From the NCBI GenBank assembly GCA_964577565.1, contig CAZNZL010000001.1, forward strand, positions 142,566 through 206,565: a DNA stretch of 64,000 nucleotides, in the 5' to 3' direction. The translations under genes were made by a program, and so were the position numbers. Under the pieces are notes generated by a model. It made no database searches. It saw only the letters and a program-made list of their open reading frames with translations, and had not been told where the DNA came from. Positions 20,346 to 30,669 of the stretch are shown here, one piece after another; the first letter of the stretch is position 1; each line of letters starts with the position of its first letter. The DNA comes from an uncultured Candidatus Saccharibacteria bacterium. GTDB taxonomy: Bacteria > Patescibacteriota > Saccharimonadia > Saccharimonadales > JAGQNJ01.

Positions 20346-21457
20346 AAATTGGTTTAGTACTTGATGACACGCTTGATCGCAATGATGGAGTCCAGCAATA
20401 CGTAATACTAGTTGGCTCGTGGCTAGAAAAGCAGGGCCATGACGTCCACTATCTCACGAGTTTAACTAAACGCACCGATCTTAAGAATGTACATAGCCTG
20501 GGTAAGAATATCAAAGTTGCGTTTAATAAAAATATTTTGGCCATGCCCCTGCCCGCCTCTGGTAAAAACATTAAACAGCTGCTGCAGCGCGAACAATTTG
20601 ATATTTTGCATATACAAATGCCTTATAGTCCATTCTTAGCAGCAAAAGTCATTAAATATGCGCAATCTTCTACCGCTTTGGTGGGAACATTTCATATTGC
20701 GCCTCATAGTCGTCTCGTAAGCGCTTCTACGCGTATGCTAGCCAAGGTATTAGCTCGATATACCAAACGCTTTCATGCATTTATAAGCGTATCACCAATT
20801 GCCCAGCAGTTTGCAATAGAAGCATTTGGTATTACGAGCACCGTAGTCCCTAATGCGATTGATCTTGATGTGTGGCGACCAAGCAAAAAAGTCTCACCGT
20901 CAACTGATGTAATCTTTGTAGGCAGGTTAGTTGTTCGTAAGGGATGTACTTTTTTTGTACAAGCAGTTGCACAACTTAAGCAAGTACCAAAAAAAATAAA
21001 AATTGTTGGCAACGGACCACAACGCAAGCGGCTTGAGCAGTATGTAAAACAACATCATTTTCAAAATATCCAGTTTACGGGGTATGTGCCTGAAAACACA
21101 AAGCGACAGTTACTGCGCGAATCAAAAATTGCTATATTTCCGTCTACCGGCGGTGAAAGTTTTGGCATTGTACTGCTAGAAGCAATGGCAGCGGGGGTTG
21201 TGGTGTTGGCCGGAGATAATCCAGGCTACAGAAGTGTGTTGGGTGCCACTCCCGAGGCATTGTTTAACGTTAACGCTACGTCTATTGCAACCAAGCTTGA
21301 TCATTACCTACATGATAGCGCTTCTTTGAAAAAGCTTAAGCAGAAGCAGCAAAAGCTCATCCAGCAATATGATATAAATATTGTGGGTAATGATATAATG
21401 AACGTATATAAACAAGCCAAACGGCAAATAGAGAAAATTAACCATGGCCGAACTTGA
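20342..21457 (+). CDS. GT4-family glycosyltransferase (tandem paralog)
   Basis: GRLVVRKG and an identical ESFGIVLLEAMAAG block. ATGA overlap with the upstream GT4. Confidence 0.85.
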   Translation: MKIGLVLDDTLDRNDGVQQYVILVGSWLEKQGHDVHYLTSLTKRTDLKNVHSLGKNIKVAFNKNILAMPLPASGKNIKQLLQREQFDILHIQMPYSPFLAAKVIKYAQSSTALVGTFHIAPHSRLVSASTRMLAKVLARYTKRFHAFISVSPIAQQFAIEAFGITSTVVPNAIDLDVWRPSKKVSPSTDVIFVGRLVVRKGCTFFVQAVAQLKQVPKKIKIVGNGPQRKRLEQYVKQHHFQNIQFTGYVPENTKRQLLRESKIAIFPSTGGESFGIVLLEAMAAGVVVLAGDNPGYRSVLGATPEALFNVNATSIATKLDHYLHDSASLKKLKQKQQKLIQQYDINIVGNDIMNVYKQAKRQIEKINHGRT

Positions 21458-22541
21458 TAAGCAGAAAACGGTGACCGTCACCTTTACCAACCGAACCGTA
21501 ATACGCATTGTTCTGTTTGTTGCGATTGGTTTTTTACTTGTAAGGTTGCTCTCGTCTATATCGTTTGCGCTGCAACTAATTGCTATTTCTTTCTTTTTAG
21601 CTTTAGCCTTAAACCCTGCAGTGAGCTGGATTGCAAAACATCTTAAAAGTAAAAGCCGAACATTGGCTACCGCGGTAGCATATCTGGTAGTATTGCTTTT
21701 ATTAGGTGTCTTTTTGTGGCTGGTAGTGCCGCCTTTTATTAATCAAACAGCCGGTGTTGTGCAAGAGATTCCCACTAGTGTCGAAGACATACAGAATCAA
21801 AATACACCACTCGTGCAGTTTATTCGAGATAATGATTTAACCGAGCAGTATACCAGTGTCGTCAGTGACATTAAAGATAATCTTGAAGGTTTCACCTCAA
21901 GGGTATTTTCAACATTGACAGCTGTTGGCGGCGGTATTGTTGCTGTAATTACGGTACTTGTTATGACATTTATGATGTTGGTTGAAGGACCACGCTGGAT
22001 TCAAAAATTTATTGCCATGCAGCCCAAAAACAAGATTGATAAACGAATGCGTGTTTTAAAGAGTATGTACCGCATGGTTACCGGCTATGTTAATGGCCAA
22101 TTGTTTATTGCAACAATCGCAGCGGTGTTCGCAATGATTGCGCTTCTTATAACGAGTACTATTCTTGATGTAAGTATTAACGCAGTGGCCCTTGCCTCAA
22201 TCGTTGGCCTCATCGGTCTCATTCCTATGATTGGTAATACCATCGCTGCGATTATTGTCGTGATGCTGTGTTTGTTTGTTTCGTTGCCACTAGCTATTAT
22301 CATGGCCGCTTTCTTTTTAATCTATCAACAAATCGAAAACGCCACGTTGCAACCCTACATCCAATCAAAATACAACGAGTTGACACCATTAACTGTGTTT
22401 GTTTCTGCACTCTTAGGAGTGAGTATCGGCGGTTTTTTGGGTGCGTTAGTTGCTATACCAGTGGCTGGGTGTATACGAATTTATCTTATCGAGTATTACG
22501 GGCATAAATTAGCTCCTAATAATTCAGAAAAAACTGCCTGA
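21444..22541 (+). CDS. AI-2E family transporter (PerM/UPF0118)
   Basis: 365 aa with 7-8 TM segments; IPMIGNTIAA and ATLQPYIQ blocks typical of the family. Confidence 0.75.
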   Translation: MAELDKQKTVTVTFTNRTVIRIVLFVAIGFLLVRLLSSISFALQLIAISFFLALALNPAVSWIAKHLKSKSRTLATAVAYLVVLLLLGVFLWLVVPPFINQTAGVVQEIPTSVEDIQNQNTPLVQFIRDNDLTEQYTSVVSDIKDNLEGFTSRVFSTLTAVGGGIVAVITVLVMTFMMLVEGPRWIQKFIAMQPKNKIDKRMRVLKSMYRMVTGYVNGQLFIATIAAVFAMIALLITSTILDVSINAVALASIVGLIGLIPMIGNTIAAIIVVMLCLFVSLPLAIIMAAFFLIYQQIENATLQPYIQSKYNELTPLTVFVSALLGVSIGGFLGALVAIPVAGCIRIYLIEYYGHKLAPNNSEKTA

Positions 22542-22543
22542 AG

Positions 22544-23971
22544 CTAGAGTCGATACCAAATGGTACCGTAGTGGCTGTCGCGTATGCCAATGTTCTTTGC
22601 CACCAAGGCTGATCGTAGCTTATCTGCTTCATCCCATTTTTTGCTCATACGGGCTGTTTCGCGCGCATGCAACAATTGTTTTATAGACTCATCTACATCG
22701 TCTTTTATGAGGTTTATGCCAAGCAAGGTTTGAATGTCTTCTAGTAATTTATGAAATGATGTTTCGCTTGTTGGCTCTAGGCCATCTTTTGCTATGGCAG
22801 TGAATAGTTCATCGATAATAGCCAGTGCCAGTGGTGTGTCAAGGTTATCTTGAAGTGCAAGGAGTAATCGCTGCGAGGTAGCAATGATTTGCTCTTCTTG
22901 GTGGCCCGTTTCATGGTTAGTCGGTTCATTATTACTTGTATCTTGCTTAACTTGCCAACGTAAGTCTGCCGTAGCCTGCCAATTGTTTAAGCGATTTTGG
23001 GCTGCCTCAAGAATCTCCCAGGTAAAATTGCCCTCGGTTTGATAGTGTTTGCTCAAAACAAATAACTTAAATGCTCGGAGGTCATAACCTTTATTGAAGA
23101 TATCCTGCAGCGTATAAATATTGCCTAAGCTCTTTGATATTTTTGTACCGTTAACCTTGAGATGATTAGCATGTAGCCAGAAAGTTGCAAATGGCCTACC
23201 CGTAACTGCCTCTGTTTGCGCAATCTCATTTGTATGATGGACTGGTATATGTTCAATCCCGCCAGTGTGAATATCAATCTGATCACCAAGATATTCTCTT
23301 GCAATTACGGAGCACTCTAGATGCCAGCCCGGAAAGCCCACACCCCAGGGGCTCTCCCACTCCATATCACGCTTTTCTTCTGGTTTACTAAACTTCCAGA
23401 CTGCAAAGTCGGTCGGATTTTTTTTGCCCGTATCGGCAACTCGGGCACCAAAGCGTAAACCATCAATGTCAAGTCGCGCAAGCTTTCCATAGTCTGATAA
23501 TTTGCTTGTATCAAAATATAACCCGTCGCTAATCTGATAAACGAAGCCTTTTTCTTCTAGTTGTTGAACAAAGTTAATTTGCTGCGGTATTAAGTCTGTT
23601 GCACGGGGCATATGATCAGGCTTGTGTAAACCAAGTATGTCGAACGCTTCGTGATCAGCTATGCGAATGTATTTATCAGCAACCTCCCATGCAGTCTTAC
23701 CTTCTTTTAAAGCACTTACAAGCATCTTATCTTCGCCGGCGTCTTCATCGCTGGTAAGATGCCCAACATCAGTTATGTTTTGCACTCGCGTAACGGAATA
23801 CCCGCTTGCAATCAGTGTTCTCACTAAAATATCCCAATAAATATACGCTACCCAGTTACCAATGTGGGGCTGGCTATAGACCGTAAGACCACAGGTGTAT
23901 AGTTTAACCACATTATCCTTTAGGGGTTTAAAATCTTCTTTTTTTCTCGTCAGGGTATTATAAAGTTTCAT
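22544..23971 (-). CDS. cysS: cysteinyl-tRNA synthetase
   Basis: HIGN (PHIGNWVAY), WHLEC, KISKSLGN (KMSKS). Confidence 0.95.
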   Translation of the reverse strand: MKLYNTLTRKKEDFKPLKDNVVKLYTCGLTVYSQPHIGNWVAYIYWDILVRTLIASGYSVTRVQNITDVGHLTSDEDAGEDKMLVSALKEGKTAWEVADKYIRIADHEAFDILGLHKPDHMPRATDLIPQQINFVQQLEEKGFVYQISDGLYFDTSKLSDYGKLARLDIDGLRFGARVADTGKKNPTDFAVWKFSKPEEKRDMEWESPWGVGFPGWHLECSVIAREYLGDQIDIHTGGIEHIPVHHTNEIAQTEAVTGRPFATFWLHANHLKVNGTKISKSLGNIYTLQDIFNKGYDLRAFKLFVLSKHYQTEGNFTWEILEAAQNRLNNWQATADLRWQVKQDTSNNEPTNHETGHQEEQIIATSQRLLLALQDNLDTPLALAIIDELFTAIAKDGLEPTSETSFHKLLEDIQTLLGINLIKDDVDESIKQLLHARETARMSKKWDEADKLRSALVAKNIGIRDSHYGTIWYRL

Positions 23972-23981
23972 AATGGCAACT

Positions 23982-24977
23982 TTATTTTATCAATAATTTT
24001 GATGCTACTTCTATACACTCTGTTTTTACGTCACTGAACTGCCTATTGGTTACCTTAAAGCCGCTGGCGTAGGGATGGCCGCCACCGTTGAAGTGCTCGG
24101 CGAGTTCTTTGGCGATTCCATATCCGTAATTGGCGCGTATCTTAGCCGTTATGCGCCCATTTGGGTAGAGTTTAAACGCGATTGCCAGTTTTGTGTTTTC
24201 GGTTAAGCGCATATCATCAATAACTAACATCGAAGGGTTATATAGCGAGCTGTATTTCTCTATCTCCTCCCATGGAATTGTGATAGATGCAATGCTACCA
24301 TCGTGATGATACTCGATACGTTGCAATAACTCACCTTTATAACGCACCAGCTCTTGGCTTTTACGCATTGTTTCACGACGCGCCTCCTCAAGCTCGGGTA
24401 GCTTAACCCCTCCTTCAACAAGCTCGGCAATTATACGAATACTGCGAGGCGTGGTTGCTTCTGTCATAAGGCCGAGGCTGTCAGACAAGATAGATACCGT
24501 GATCATATTTTTTGCGTTGATGTCGAGTGGCCATTGGAGCTCGTTAGCGAGTTCGTAAATAACCTCTCCTGTTGCGACTGCATCACTATCGTTGTAGATT
24601 ATGGTTGCCTCAATGGTTGGGGTTACGTCGTGATGGTCGATGATAATGAGTGGTTTTGCAAGAAGCCACTGTAGTTGCCCGTTATTATCGGCAACTTCGA
24701 GTAGATTGCGGCTGCTGCAGTCAACCAATATAGCGGCATCAAAGTTATGCGGTAAATCTTTTTCTACTCTATCCCAACCCGGCAAATGACGAAGGTGTTT
24801 TGGTATATCAATACCGCAGTACAAAAACGGTTGCTTACCGAGGTCATGTAAGATTTGTTCCAGCGCCAAGGCGCTGGCAAGGCTATCTCCATCTGGGTTA
24901 TCTGCCTGGACAATAACGATGTGTGTCGCTTTGGTAAGAATATTAGCTATAGCTGTCGTGCGTGATACGGTGCTCAT
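23982..24977 (-). CDS. DHH/DHHA1 phosphoesterase (NrnA-like oligoribonuclease/pAp phosphatase)
   Basis: DNPDGDSLAS, IIIDHH, GGGHPYASGF. Confidence 0.85.
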   Translation of the reverse strand: MSTVSRTTAIANILTKATHIVIVQADNPDGDSLASALALEQILHDLGKQPFLYCGIDIPKHLRHLPGWDRVEKDLPHNFDAAILVDCSSRNLLEVADNNGQLQWLLAKPLIIIDHHDVTPTIEATIIYNDSDAVATGEVIYELANELQWPLDINAKNMITVSILSDSLGLMTEATTPRSIRIIAELVEGGVKLPELEEARRETMRKSQELVRYKGELLQRIEYHHDGSIASITIPWEEIEKYSSLYNPSMLVIDDMRLTENTKLAIAFKLYPNGRITAKIRANYGYGIAKELAEHFNGGGHPYASGFKVTNRQFSDVKTECIEVASKLLIK

Positions 24978-25579
24978 AATGACTGTCGCCCTTCTAGTGC
25001 TCGGGTGAGCGTTATCTGATCGGCATATTCTAAGTCTACACCAATCGGCAGCCCACGGGCCAATCGAGTTAAACGGACATCTTTGTTGGGTAGTTGTTTT
25101 TGTATGTACAGAGCGGTAGATTCGCCTTCTACGCTTGCGTTGGTAGCAAGAATAATTTCTTTTACACCATCTTCTTCAACACGTTTAATAAGTTGATTGA
25201 TAGTTAATTCATCAGGCCCAACCCCATCAATGGGTGAAATGAGACCGCCCAGCACATGGTAGGTTCCCTTAAAGGTTCCCGTATTTTCAATGGCGACAAT
25301 GTCAAAGGGCTCCGCCACCACCGCTACAACGGTTTTATCTCGCTTGGGATTGGTATAAAGTTCAGAATATTCTTGTCCTTTTTGAATGAGTGCAAAAGTT
25401 TTTTTGCAATACGTAATATTGGTGTGTAGTTTTGATAATGAATCTGAAATCTTGTGTGCATTACTTTGGTTAGAGCGTAGCAAATAATACGCATAGCGTT
25501 CAGCACTTCGTGGGCCGACGCCAGGAAGCGCTTGCAGCGCATCAATAACAGTCTGTAATGCGGGCGGAAGAACACTCAT
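24974..25579 (-). CDS. recR: recombination protein RecR
   Basis: LPGVGPRSAERYAY HhH motif and a Toprim region (VVAVVAEPFD...E). The zinc-finger position is degenerate (only one Cys seen). Confidence 0.9.
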   Translation of the reverse strand: MSVLPPALQTVIDALQALPGVGPRSAERYAYYLLRSNQSNAHKISDSLSKLHTNITYCKKTFALIQKGQEYSELYTNPKRDKTVVAVVAEPFDIVAIENTGTFKGTYHVLGGLISPIDGVGPDELTINQLIKRVEEDGVKEIILATNASVEGESTALYIQKQLPNKDVRLTRLARGLPIGVDLEYADQITLTRALEGRQSL

Positions 25580-25585
25580 TAACGT

Positions 25586-25879
25586 TTACTGTCCGAGCCC
25601 ACCCAACATCCCCATAAAGGGTTGCATTTTCTCAGCAGCTAACTTCTGGCTCTGCTGAATTGCGTCTTTAACAGCGTCTTCAATCCATCGTTCAAGCAAA
25701 CCAATGTCATTAAGATCAACCGAATCAGGATTTATTCTGATCTTTTTTATTTTTTGTTCTCCGTTGATTTCAACTGTTACGGCGCCGTCGCCTTGTTCTA
25801 CGGTTATGGTCTCTTTTTGTAATTCTTTTTGAATTTTTTTAGCCTTTAATAGCATTTTTGCTTGATCAAACCGACTCAT
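25586..25879 (-). CDS. ybaB: YbaB/EbfC nucleoid-associated protein
   Basis: 97 aa; GDGAVTVEINGEQKIKKIRINP pattern; upstream of recR. Confidence 0.88.
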   Translation of the reverse strand: MSRFDQAKMLLKAKKIQKELQKETITVEQGDGAVTVEINGEQKIKKIRINPDSVDLNDIGLLERWIEDAVKDAIQQSQKLAAEKMQPFMGMLGGLGQ

Positions 25880-25900
25880 GGTAACTCCTTATTAACTGCT

Positions 25901-27100
25901 TTATTGTATCAGATTTGGTGGGGATTCTTGGAACGAAGCTTGAGTCACTGGATTATTACTCCAGGCTACAAAGTAGCGGGTGACATTATAATAAATACTG
26001 ATGCCAATAACCGATGTCAGTAGTGTCAGCCCTATCAGCCGGGCTATGGGGTTATTTGGAAAGACAGTAAACCATTGGTGTAGCAGCAGCATAATACCGC
26101 TTGCAACCGTTAGGTAAATAATTGGTAGTAGTAATACAATACTAACTTGCGGACTTATGCCAATTATCAACCAGGCAATGATACCAGCCCCGGTAAGAGT
26201 TTTGGTTCTTACTAAACTAAAGCGTAGCGTAAATGCATAGGCACCTAAAATTGCCAAACAGGCAGTTACTAAGTCTATATAAGGCAGTCTGCCTAAATTA
26301 TGAACTGGGTTGGCTAATGATCGTACTAATAGTGAAGCTGGCACAAATAGTAATTCCTTTATTATTTCAGGTAAATGTATGGTTCGCGGTAAGGCTAACC
26401 AGTCGAGAGTCAGGCTAGGGTTTAATACAATGGCATAACCTAAAGGCGCAAGTAGCACAAGTCCACAAAGGGCAAAAAGTACCGTTACATAAAGTGGCGT
26501 TTTACGAAGCAACATTGTAATATGTCGGTGTTCAGCAAAAATAGCTAAGCCCACAAACCAAATAATTCCTGGTATGTATAAAGCAGTGCTTATGATGAGC
26601 ATAGTACCTAGTAAGGCAGTTTTAATATGTTTTGTACCATGGAGCCACCATGCCGAGGCGAGTAGTCCAAGCATCGCGAGCGGTAATAGTATATCGGGCA
26701 CAGCTACACGACTGTGATGAAGAAAAAGGGCCGACGTGGCCAACGCTAATGAGCTTAACCAAGCGATACGCGGCGAAAACCAGTAGCGTGCTAAAGCGTA
26801 AAATAACACCACAAACGCAATGCCAAATAGTGCTGAAATAGCTCTAAATAAATATACCGACTCATTACCGAGTTTAATCAGCGCATATTGGCCGAGCTTA
26901 AAAGGCAAAAACAATGGATTTTCAACGATTCGTTGCCCGCTTGCTGCGCTTTCAATTGCTGCAACCTCGGAGCTACTTAATTGGCCTTCTGTAATGCTTT
27001 CTAATTGAAAGAAACTTACAAATACAAGAATTGCTACACTTACAAGGCAAAGTAGAATAAGTTGCCAGTTCGCACTAAAAACAAGCCAAAACTTCTTCAT
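25901..27100 (-). CDS. polytopic membrane protein (possible GT-C-type glycosyltransferase; function uncertain)
   Basis: 399 aa with about 10 TM segments; no catalytic motif confidently recognised. Confidence 0.5.
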   Translation of the reverse strand: MKKFWLVFSANWQLILLCLVSVAILVFVSFFQLESITEGQLSSSEVAAIESAASGQRIVENPLFLPFKLGQYALIKLGNESVYLFRAISALFGIAFVVLFYALARYWFSPRIAWLSSLALATSALFLHHSRVAVPDILLPLAMLGLLASAWWLHGTKHIKTALLGTMLIISTALYIPGIIWFVGLAIFAEHRHITMLLRKTPLYVTVLFALCGLVLLAPLGYAIVLNPSLTLDWLALPRTIHLPEIIKELLFVPASLLVRSLANPVHNLGRLPYIDLVTACLAILGAYAFTLRFSLVRTKTLTGAGIIAWLIIGISPQVSIVLLLPIIYLTVASGIMLLLHQWFTVFPNNPIARLIGLTLLTSVIGISIYYNVTRYFVAWSNNPVTQASFQESPPNLIQ

Positions 27101-27132
27101 TTCTGTACCTTAGTATACCATTAACGGTTCGA

Positions 27133-28491
27133 TTAAGTATCAAACGGCGTAGCGTGTTTGGTGTCAAGTGAACGAAAGCGTTGTTTTTCTTTGTCAAAAT
27201 ATAACTCAACGGAATCAGTGGGTCCGTTACGATGTTTTTTAATCATAATATCAGCAATATTGCGTCGCTCTGAATCTTTATTGTAGTATTCTTCGCGGTA
27301 AATAAAGGCAACAACATCAGCGTCTTGTTCGATTGAACCCGATTCTCGTAAGTCTTGAAGTTGCGGTATCTGCGGACTGCGGCTTTCAACCGAGCGGCTT
27401 AGCTGGCTTAAGGCTATTAAGGGCACATTAAGTTCACGAGCAATAGCTTTAAGGCCACGGGATATTTCTGAGATTTCTTGTACGCGGTTGCCATCGCCAC
27501 CAAAACGAGCGCCACCACTCATAAGCTGCAGGTAATCTACGATAATAAGACCAAGAGGGTGTTGATGCGACTCGCGGCGCGCTTTGGTACGGAGATCACT
27601 TACGGTGATACCAGGTGTATCATCAATGTAAATTTGTGCCTCACTAAGGGTTCCCATAGCATGGCCAATACGTTCAAAATCTTGGTCGCTCAAGTTACCC
27701 GTTCGGAGTGACCATGCGTTCACTCCAGACTCCATTGCAAGCATTCTGTCCACCAATTGTTCTTTACTCATCTCAAGGCTAAAAAGCAATACTGGCTCTC
27801 CGGCTTTGGTCGCCACATTATGAGCTAAGTTTAGGGCCAGGGCGGTTTTGCCCATAGAAGGTCGTGCTGCCAAAATGATTAAATCAGAGCGCTGAAAGCC
27901 GGCTAAGACATTATCAAGATCTTTAAAGCCGGTTGGTACGCCCCTAATTTTACCTTTGTCTTTGTGAAGCTCATCTAACCGATCAAAACTTTCGCTTAAG
28001 ATGGTTTCAAGACTGATAATATCTTGTTTAATGTGACGTTGGCTTACTTCAAATAGTTTTGTCTCGGCCTCTTCAATTAGTTCTTGTAAGCTTTTAGCTT
28101 CGTCATAGCCAAGCGTTACAATTTCGTTACTGGCTTTTATCAGGCGCCGTCTTAACGCTTTTTGGGCCACAATAGAAGCGTACTGCTCAACATGGGCTGC
28201 CGTGGGCACATAATTGGTCAGTTCTGTTAGGTATGCAGCACCGCCTACCATATCAAGCTGTCCAGTGCTTCTGAGACGGTCGGTAACGGTCAGTACGTCA
28301 ATGGGGCTGTGGCGTTCGTAAAGTTGCTTTATTGCATCATAAATTATGGCATGGCGTTGATCATAAAAATCATGAGCCGAAACTGTATCAGCGATTTTTA
28401 CAATAGCGTCGCTGTCAATTAAAATTGCACCGAGCAAACTGGACTCAGCGTCGAGATTCTGTGGCGGTAGTGGTACCTGATTTGGCGGCAT
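27133..28491 (-). CDS. dnaB: replicative DNA helicase DnaB
   Basis: PPQNLDAESSLLGAIL, Walker A ARPSMGKT, IIVDYLQLM. ATG 28491 lies 1 nt after the dnaX stop. Confidence 0.93.
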   Translation of the reverse strand: MPPNQVPLPPQNLDAESSLLGAILIDSDAIVKIADTVSAHDFYDQRHAIIYDAIKQLYERHSPIDVLTVTDRLRSTGQLDMVGGAAYLTELTNYVPTAAHVEQYASIVAQKALRRRLIKASNEIVTLGYDEAKSLQELIEEAETKLFEVSQRHIKQDIISLETILSESFDRLDELHKDKGKIRGVPTGFKDLDNVLAGFQRSDLIILAARPSMGKTALALNLAHNVATKAGEPVLLFSLEMSKEQLVDRMLAMESGVNAWSLRTGNLSDQDFERIGHAMGTLSEAQIYIDDTPGITVSDLRTKARRESHQHPLGLIIVDYLQLMSGGARFGGDGNRVQEISEISRGLKAIARELNVPLIALSQLSRSVESRSPQIPQLQDLRESGSIEQDADVVAFIYREEYYNKDSERRNIADIMIKKHRNGPTDSVELYFDKEKQRFRSLDTKHATPFDT

Positions 28492-28492
28492 A

Positions 28493-29953
28493 TTACGTAT
28501 CCAGCACTTCTCCACCCCCAAAAATTTGTGTTATTGATTCTAGTGTATCAGATGTTTGGGGTGTATTTTTAGGAATGTGACCTTTTGGTTTAGCAGCAAG
28601 ACTTTCATCAACCACTACAGTTATAACGGGTTGGTTGCCAAGGGTTTTGTCAAGAACGGTGCGAAGGATGAGGCCGTTTTTTTCATCGGTTAGTCGTCGA
28701 TGATGAAACTTAAACGGTACCTTTAACGTGATTTCTTGACCTACAATTTCTGGCTTAGCCATTCGAGCAATTCCGTACAAAGTATTATTTGTTTTTTTTA
28801 GAGCTGCGAGCACTGCTTCCCAATCATCTGGTGAGATTGTTCCGCTTGATGTGGCTTTGGTATTCACGGCTGCTGTAGAAGCTGGCTTTGAAGGTGTTTT
28901 TTGGGGCTTTTTTTCGATAGGGGTGGCCTTCTTTGTGGTTGAGTCTTTGTCTTTTTTAGTAGATGAGGCTTTTGGTTCGGTTATTAGCGTAGCGTCAATA
29001 TTTTTAATACCATACTCAATTAAACTAAGCTCTAAAAAATCACGTGGGTATGGAGCGTTTGGCGTTTGCAGTAGCGTAGACATAAGTCTCGTTGTATCGG
29101 CACCGAAGATAAAGTTGTTGTTAATAATTTCTTGCCTCAAATAGGCAATTAAGCTTTTGGCGATTTGAGTGGCGTAGTATCCGTGATGTTCTGCTCTATC
29201 AAGTATAGAAATTAATGCCTGGAGGTTACCCGTTTGCATAGCCTCAATGATTGACGTAATTGTTTCTTCGGTAGGAATTCCCAGGGCGCTTTGAACTGAC
29301 TCAATGCTAATGGTGCCGCCAATTGCTAATTGATCAAGCAAACTAATGCTGTCACGAAAGCTACCCTCACCATGCTTGGCTATTAGTTCAATAGCTTCGT
29401 CTGAAATAGCAATGTTTTCGTGCGTAGCGAGTTGCCGCAAATGAGCGGCTACATCATCTACGGTAATCGGTTTAAACGCAAAGCGTTGGGTTCGGCTAAC
29501 GATAGTTTCAGGCACTTTATGGACTTCAGTTGTGGCTAAGATAAAAATAACATGAGCCGGCGGTTCTTCAAGCGTTTTTAAAAGCGCGTTAAACGCTTCA
29601 CGGGTAAGCATATGCACTTCATCGATTATATACACTTTATACTTTCCCATAACAGGGGCGGTATGAACCTTGTCACGAATCTCGCGTATTTCATCAATGC
29701 GTCTATTGCTGGCAGCGTCAATCTCGATTATATCAAGTGAGCCTTTTGTGTCGGCATACGCAAGACCATTAACTTCATACGCAAGAATTCTTGCAATACT
29801 GGTCTTGCCTACACCTCTAGGCCCGGAAAACAAGTACCCATGACTAACCATGCCCTTTTTCAGGGCACGTTCTAACGTCTGTGTGATGTGCGGCTGGCCC
29901 ACTACATCAGCTAACCGTTGTGGCCGGTGTTTCCGGTAGAGTGCTTCTCCCAT
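28493..29953 (-). CDS. dnaX: DNA polymerase III gamma/tau subunit
   Basis: GPRGVGKTS, IIDEVHMLT, LLKTLEEPP, SRTQRF. Confidence 0.93.
   Translation of the reverse strand: MGEALYRKHRPQRLADVVGQPHITQTLERALKKGMVSHGYLFSGPRGVGKTSIARILAYEVNGLAYADTKGSLDIIEIDAASNRRIDEIREIRDKVHTAPVMGKYKVYIIDEVHMLTREAFNALLKTLEEPPAHVIFILATTEVHKVPETIVSRTQRFAFKPITVDDVAAHLRQLATHENIAISDEAIELIAKHGEGSFRDSISLLDQLAIGGTISIESVQSALGIPTEETITSIIEAMQTGNLQALISILDRAEHHGYYATQIAKSLIAYLRQEIINNNFIFGADTTRLMSTLLQTPNAPYPRDFLELSLIEYGIKNIDATLITEPKASSTKKDKDSTTKKATPIEKKPQKTPSKPASTAAVNTKATSSGTISPDDWEAVLAALKKTNNTLYGIARMAKPEIVGQEITLKVPFKFHHRRLTDEKNGLILRTVLDKTLGNQPVITVVVDESLAAKPKGHIPKNTPQTSDTLESITQIFGGGEVLDT
28785..28801 (-). other. candidate -1 ribosomal frameshift site inside dnaX (A_AAA_AAA heptamer, then a stop in the -1 frame)
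   Basis: Minus strand reads CTA AAA AAA ACA AAT AAT in frame 0 (L385 K K T). A -1 slip gives AAA AAA AAC AAA TAA. Confidence 0.3.
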
Positions 29954-30007
29954 TACCCTTTTAATTATAGAGGTTACGCACTAATATTTCGATTGTTATT
30001 ATTACAT

Positions 30008-30517
30008 TTATAGGGCTGCTTCTAGTGCTGCCCATTCGGCGTTGGTGTAATCTTCTGGCAAATCAACGCTTACTTGATCACCAGGTTTAGCTTTAAAATA
30101 GGTTACGCTGGCCAACAACACCCGAAACTTCTTTTTATCTATCTCGACATAATATTGACCGTTTTCCAACGTTAGCATACCGACTTTTTGCACGCGCGGG
30201 ACGGGACCAATTTGCTTGTATAAAAACGTACCGTCATCGGCAATCGTTAATTTCAGAATGTCACCCTGTACTAACTTTGACTTGGATGCATAGTTTGCTG
30301 GTACCGGGTATGTTTTGCCGTCGCTGCCTACCATTGCCTGGCCGTCAAATACGCCTTCTATAATTTTACCGATTGGCTCATCCTGAAGCTTTGCTGCTTC
30401 CGGCTTGTCATCACCCACTACGCTAACAAGGAGTTCCTTTGCAGCGGCAAGGCTCGTCTCCGCTTCTTCAATTAAAATTCTTAAGCGCTTAATTTGTTTT
30501 TCGGGTAAATCTGGCAT
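30008..30517 (-). CDS. hypothetical 169-aa protein
   Basis: Clean ORF between the rplL terminator and dnaX; no motif recognised. Confidence 0.65.
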   Translation of the reverse strand: MPDLPEKQIKRLRILIEEAETSLAAAKELLVSVVGDDKPEAAKLQDEPIGKIIEGVFDGQAMVGSDGKTYPVPANYASKSKLVQGDILKLTIADDGTFLYKQIGPVPRVQKVGMLTLENGQYYVEIDKKKFRVLLASVTYFKAKPGDQVSVDLPEDYTNAEWAALEAAL

Positions 30518-30618
30518 AAATAAAGTCTCTCTTTTGTTTTTAGACTACACTCTCTTGCCTAAAATTATCACGTCTGACCCATAATGTCAAAAAATAAAGA
30601 GTATAGCTGTGGATAAAT

Positions 30619-30651
30619 AAAAAACTGCCCGTTAATTTTGGGCAGTTTTTT
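30619..30651 (-). terminator. intrinsic terminator after rplL
   Basis: aaaaaaCTGCCCgttaattttGGGCAGtttttt. Confidence 0.75.
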
Positions 30652-30669
30652 ATGTGTGTTGACCGATAT

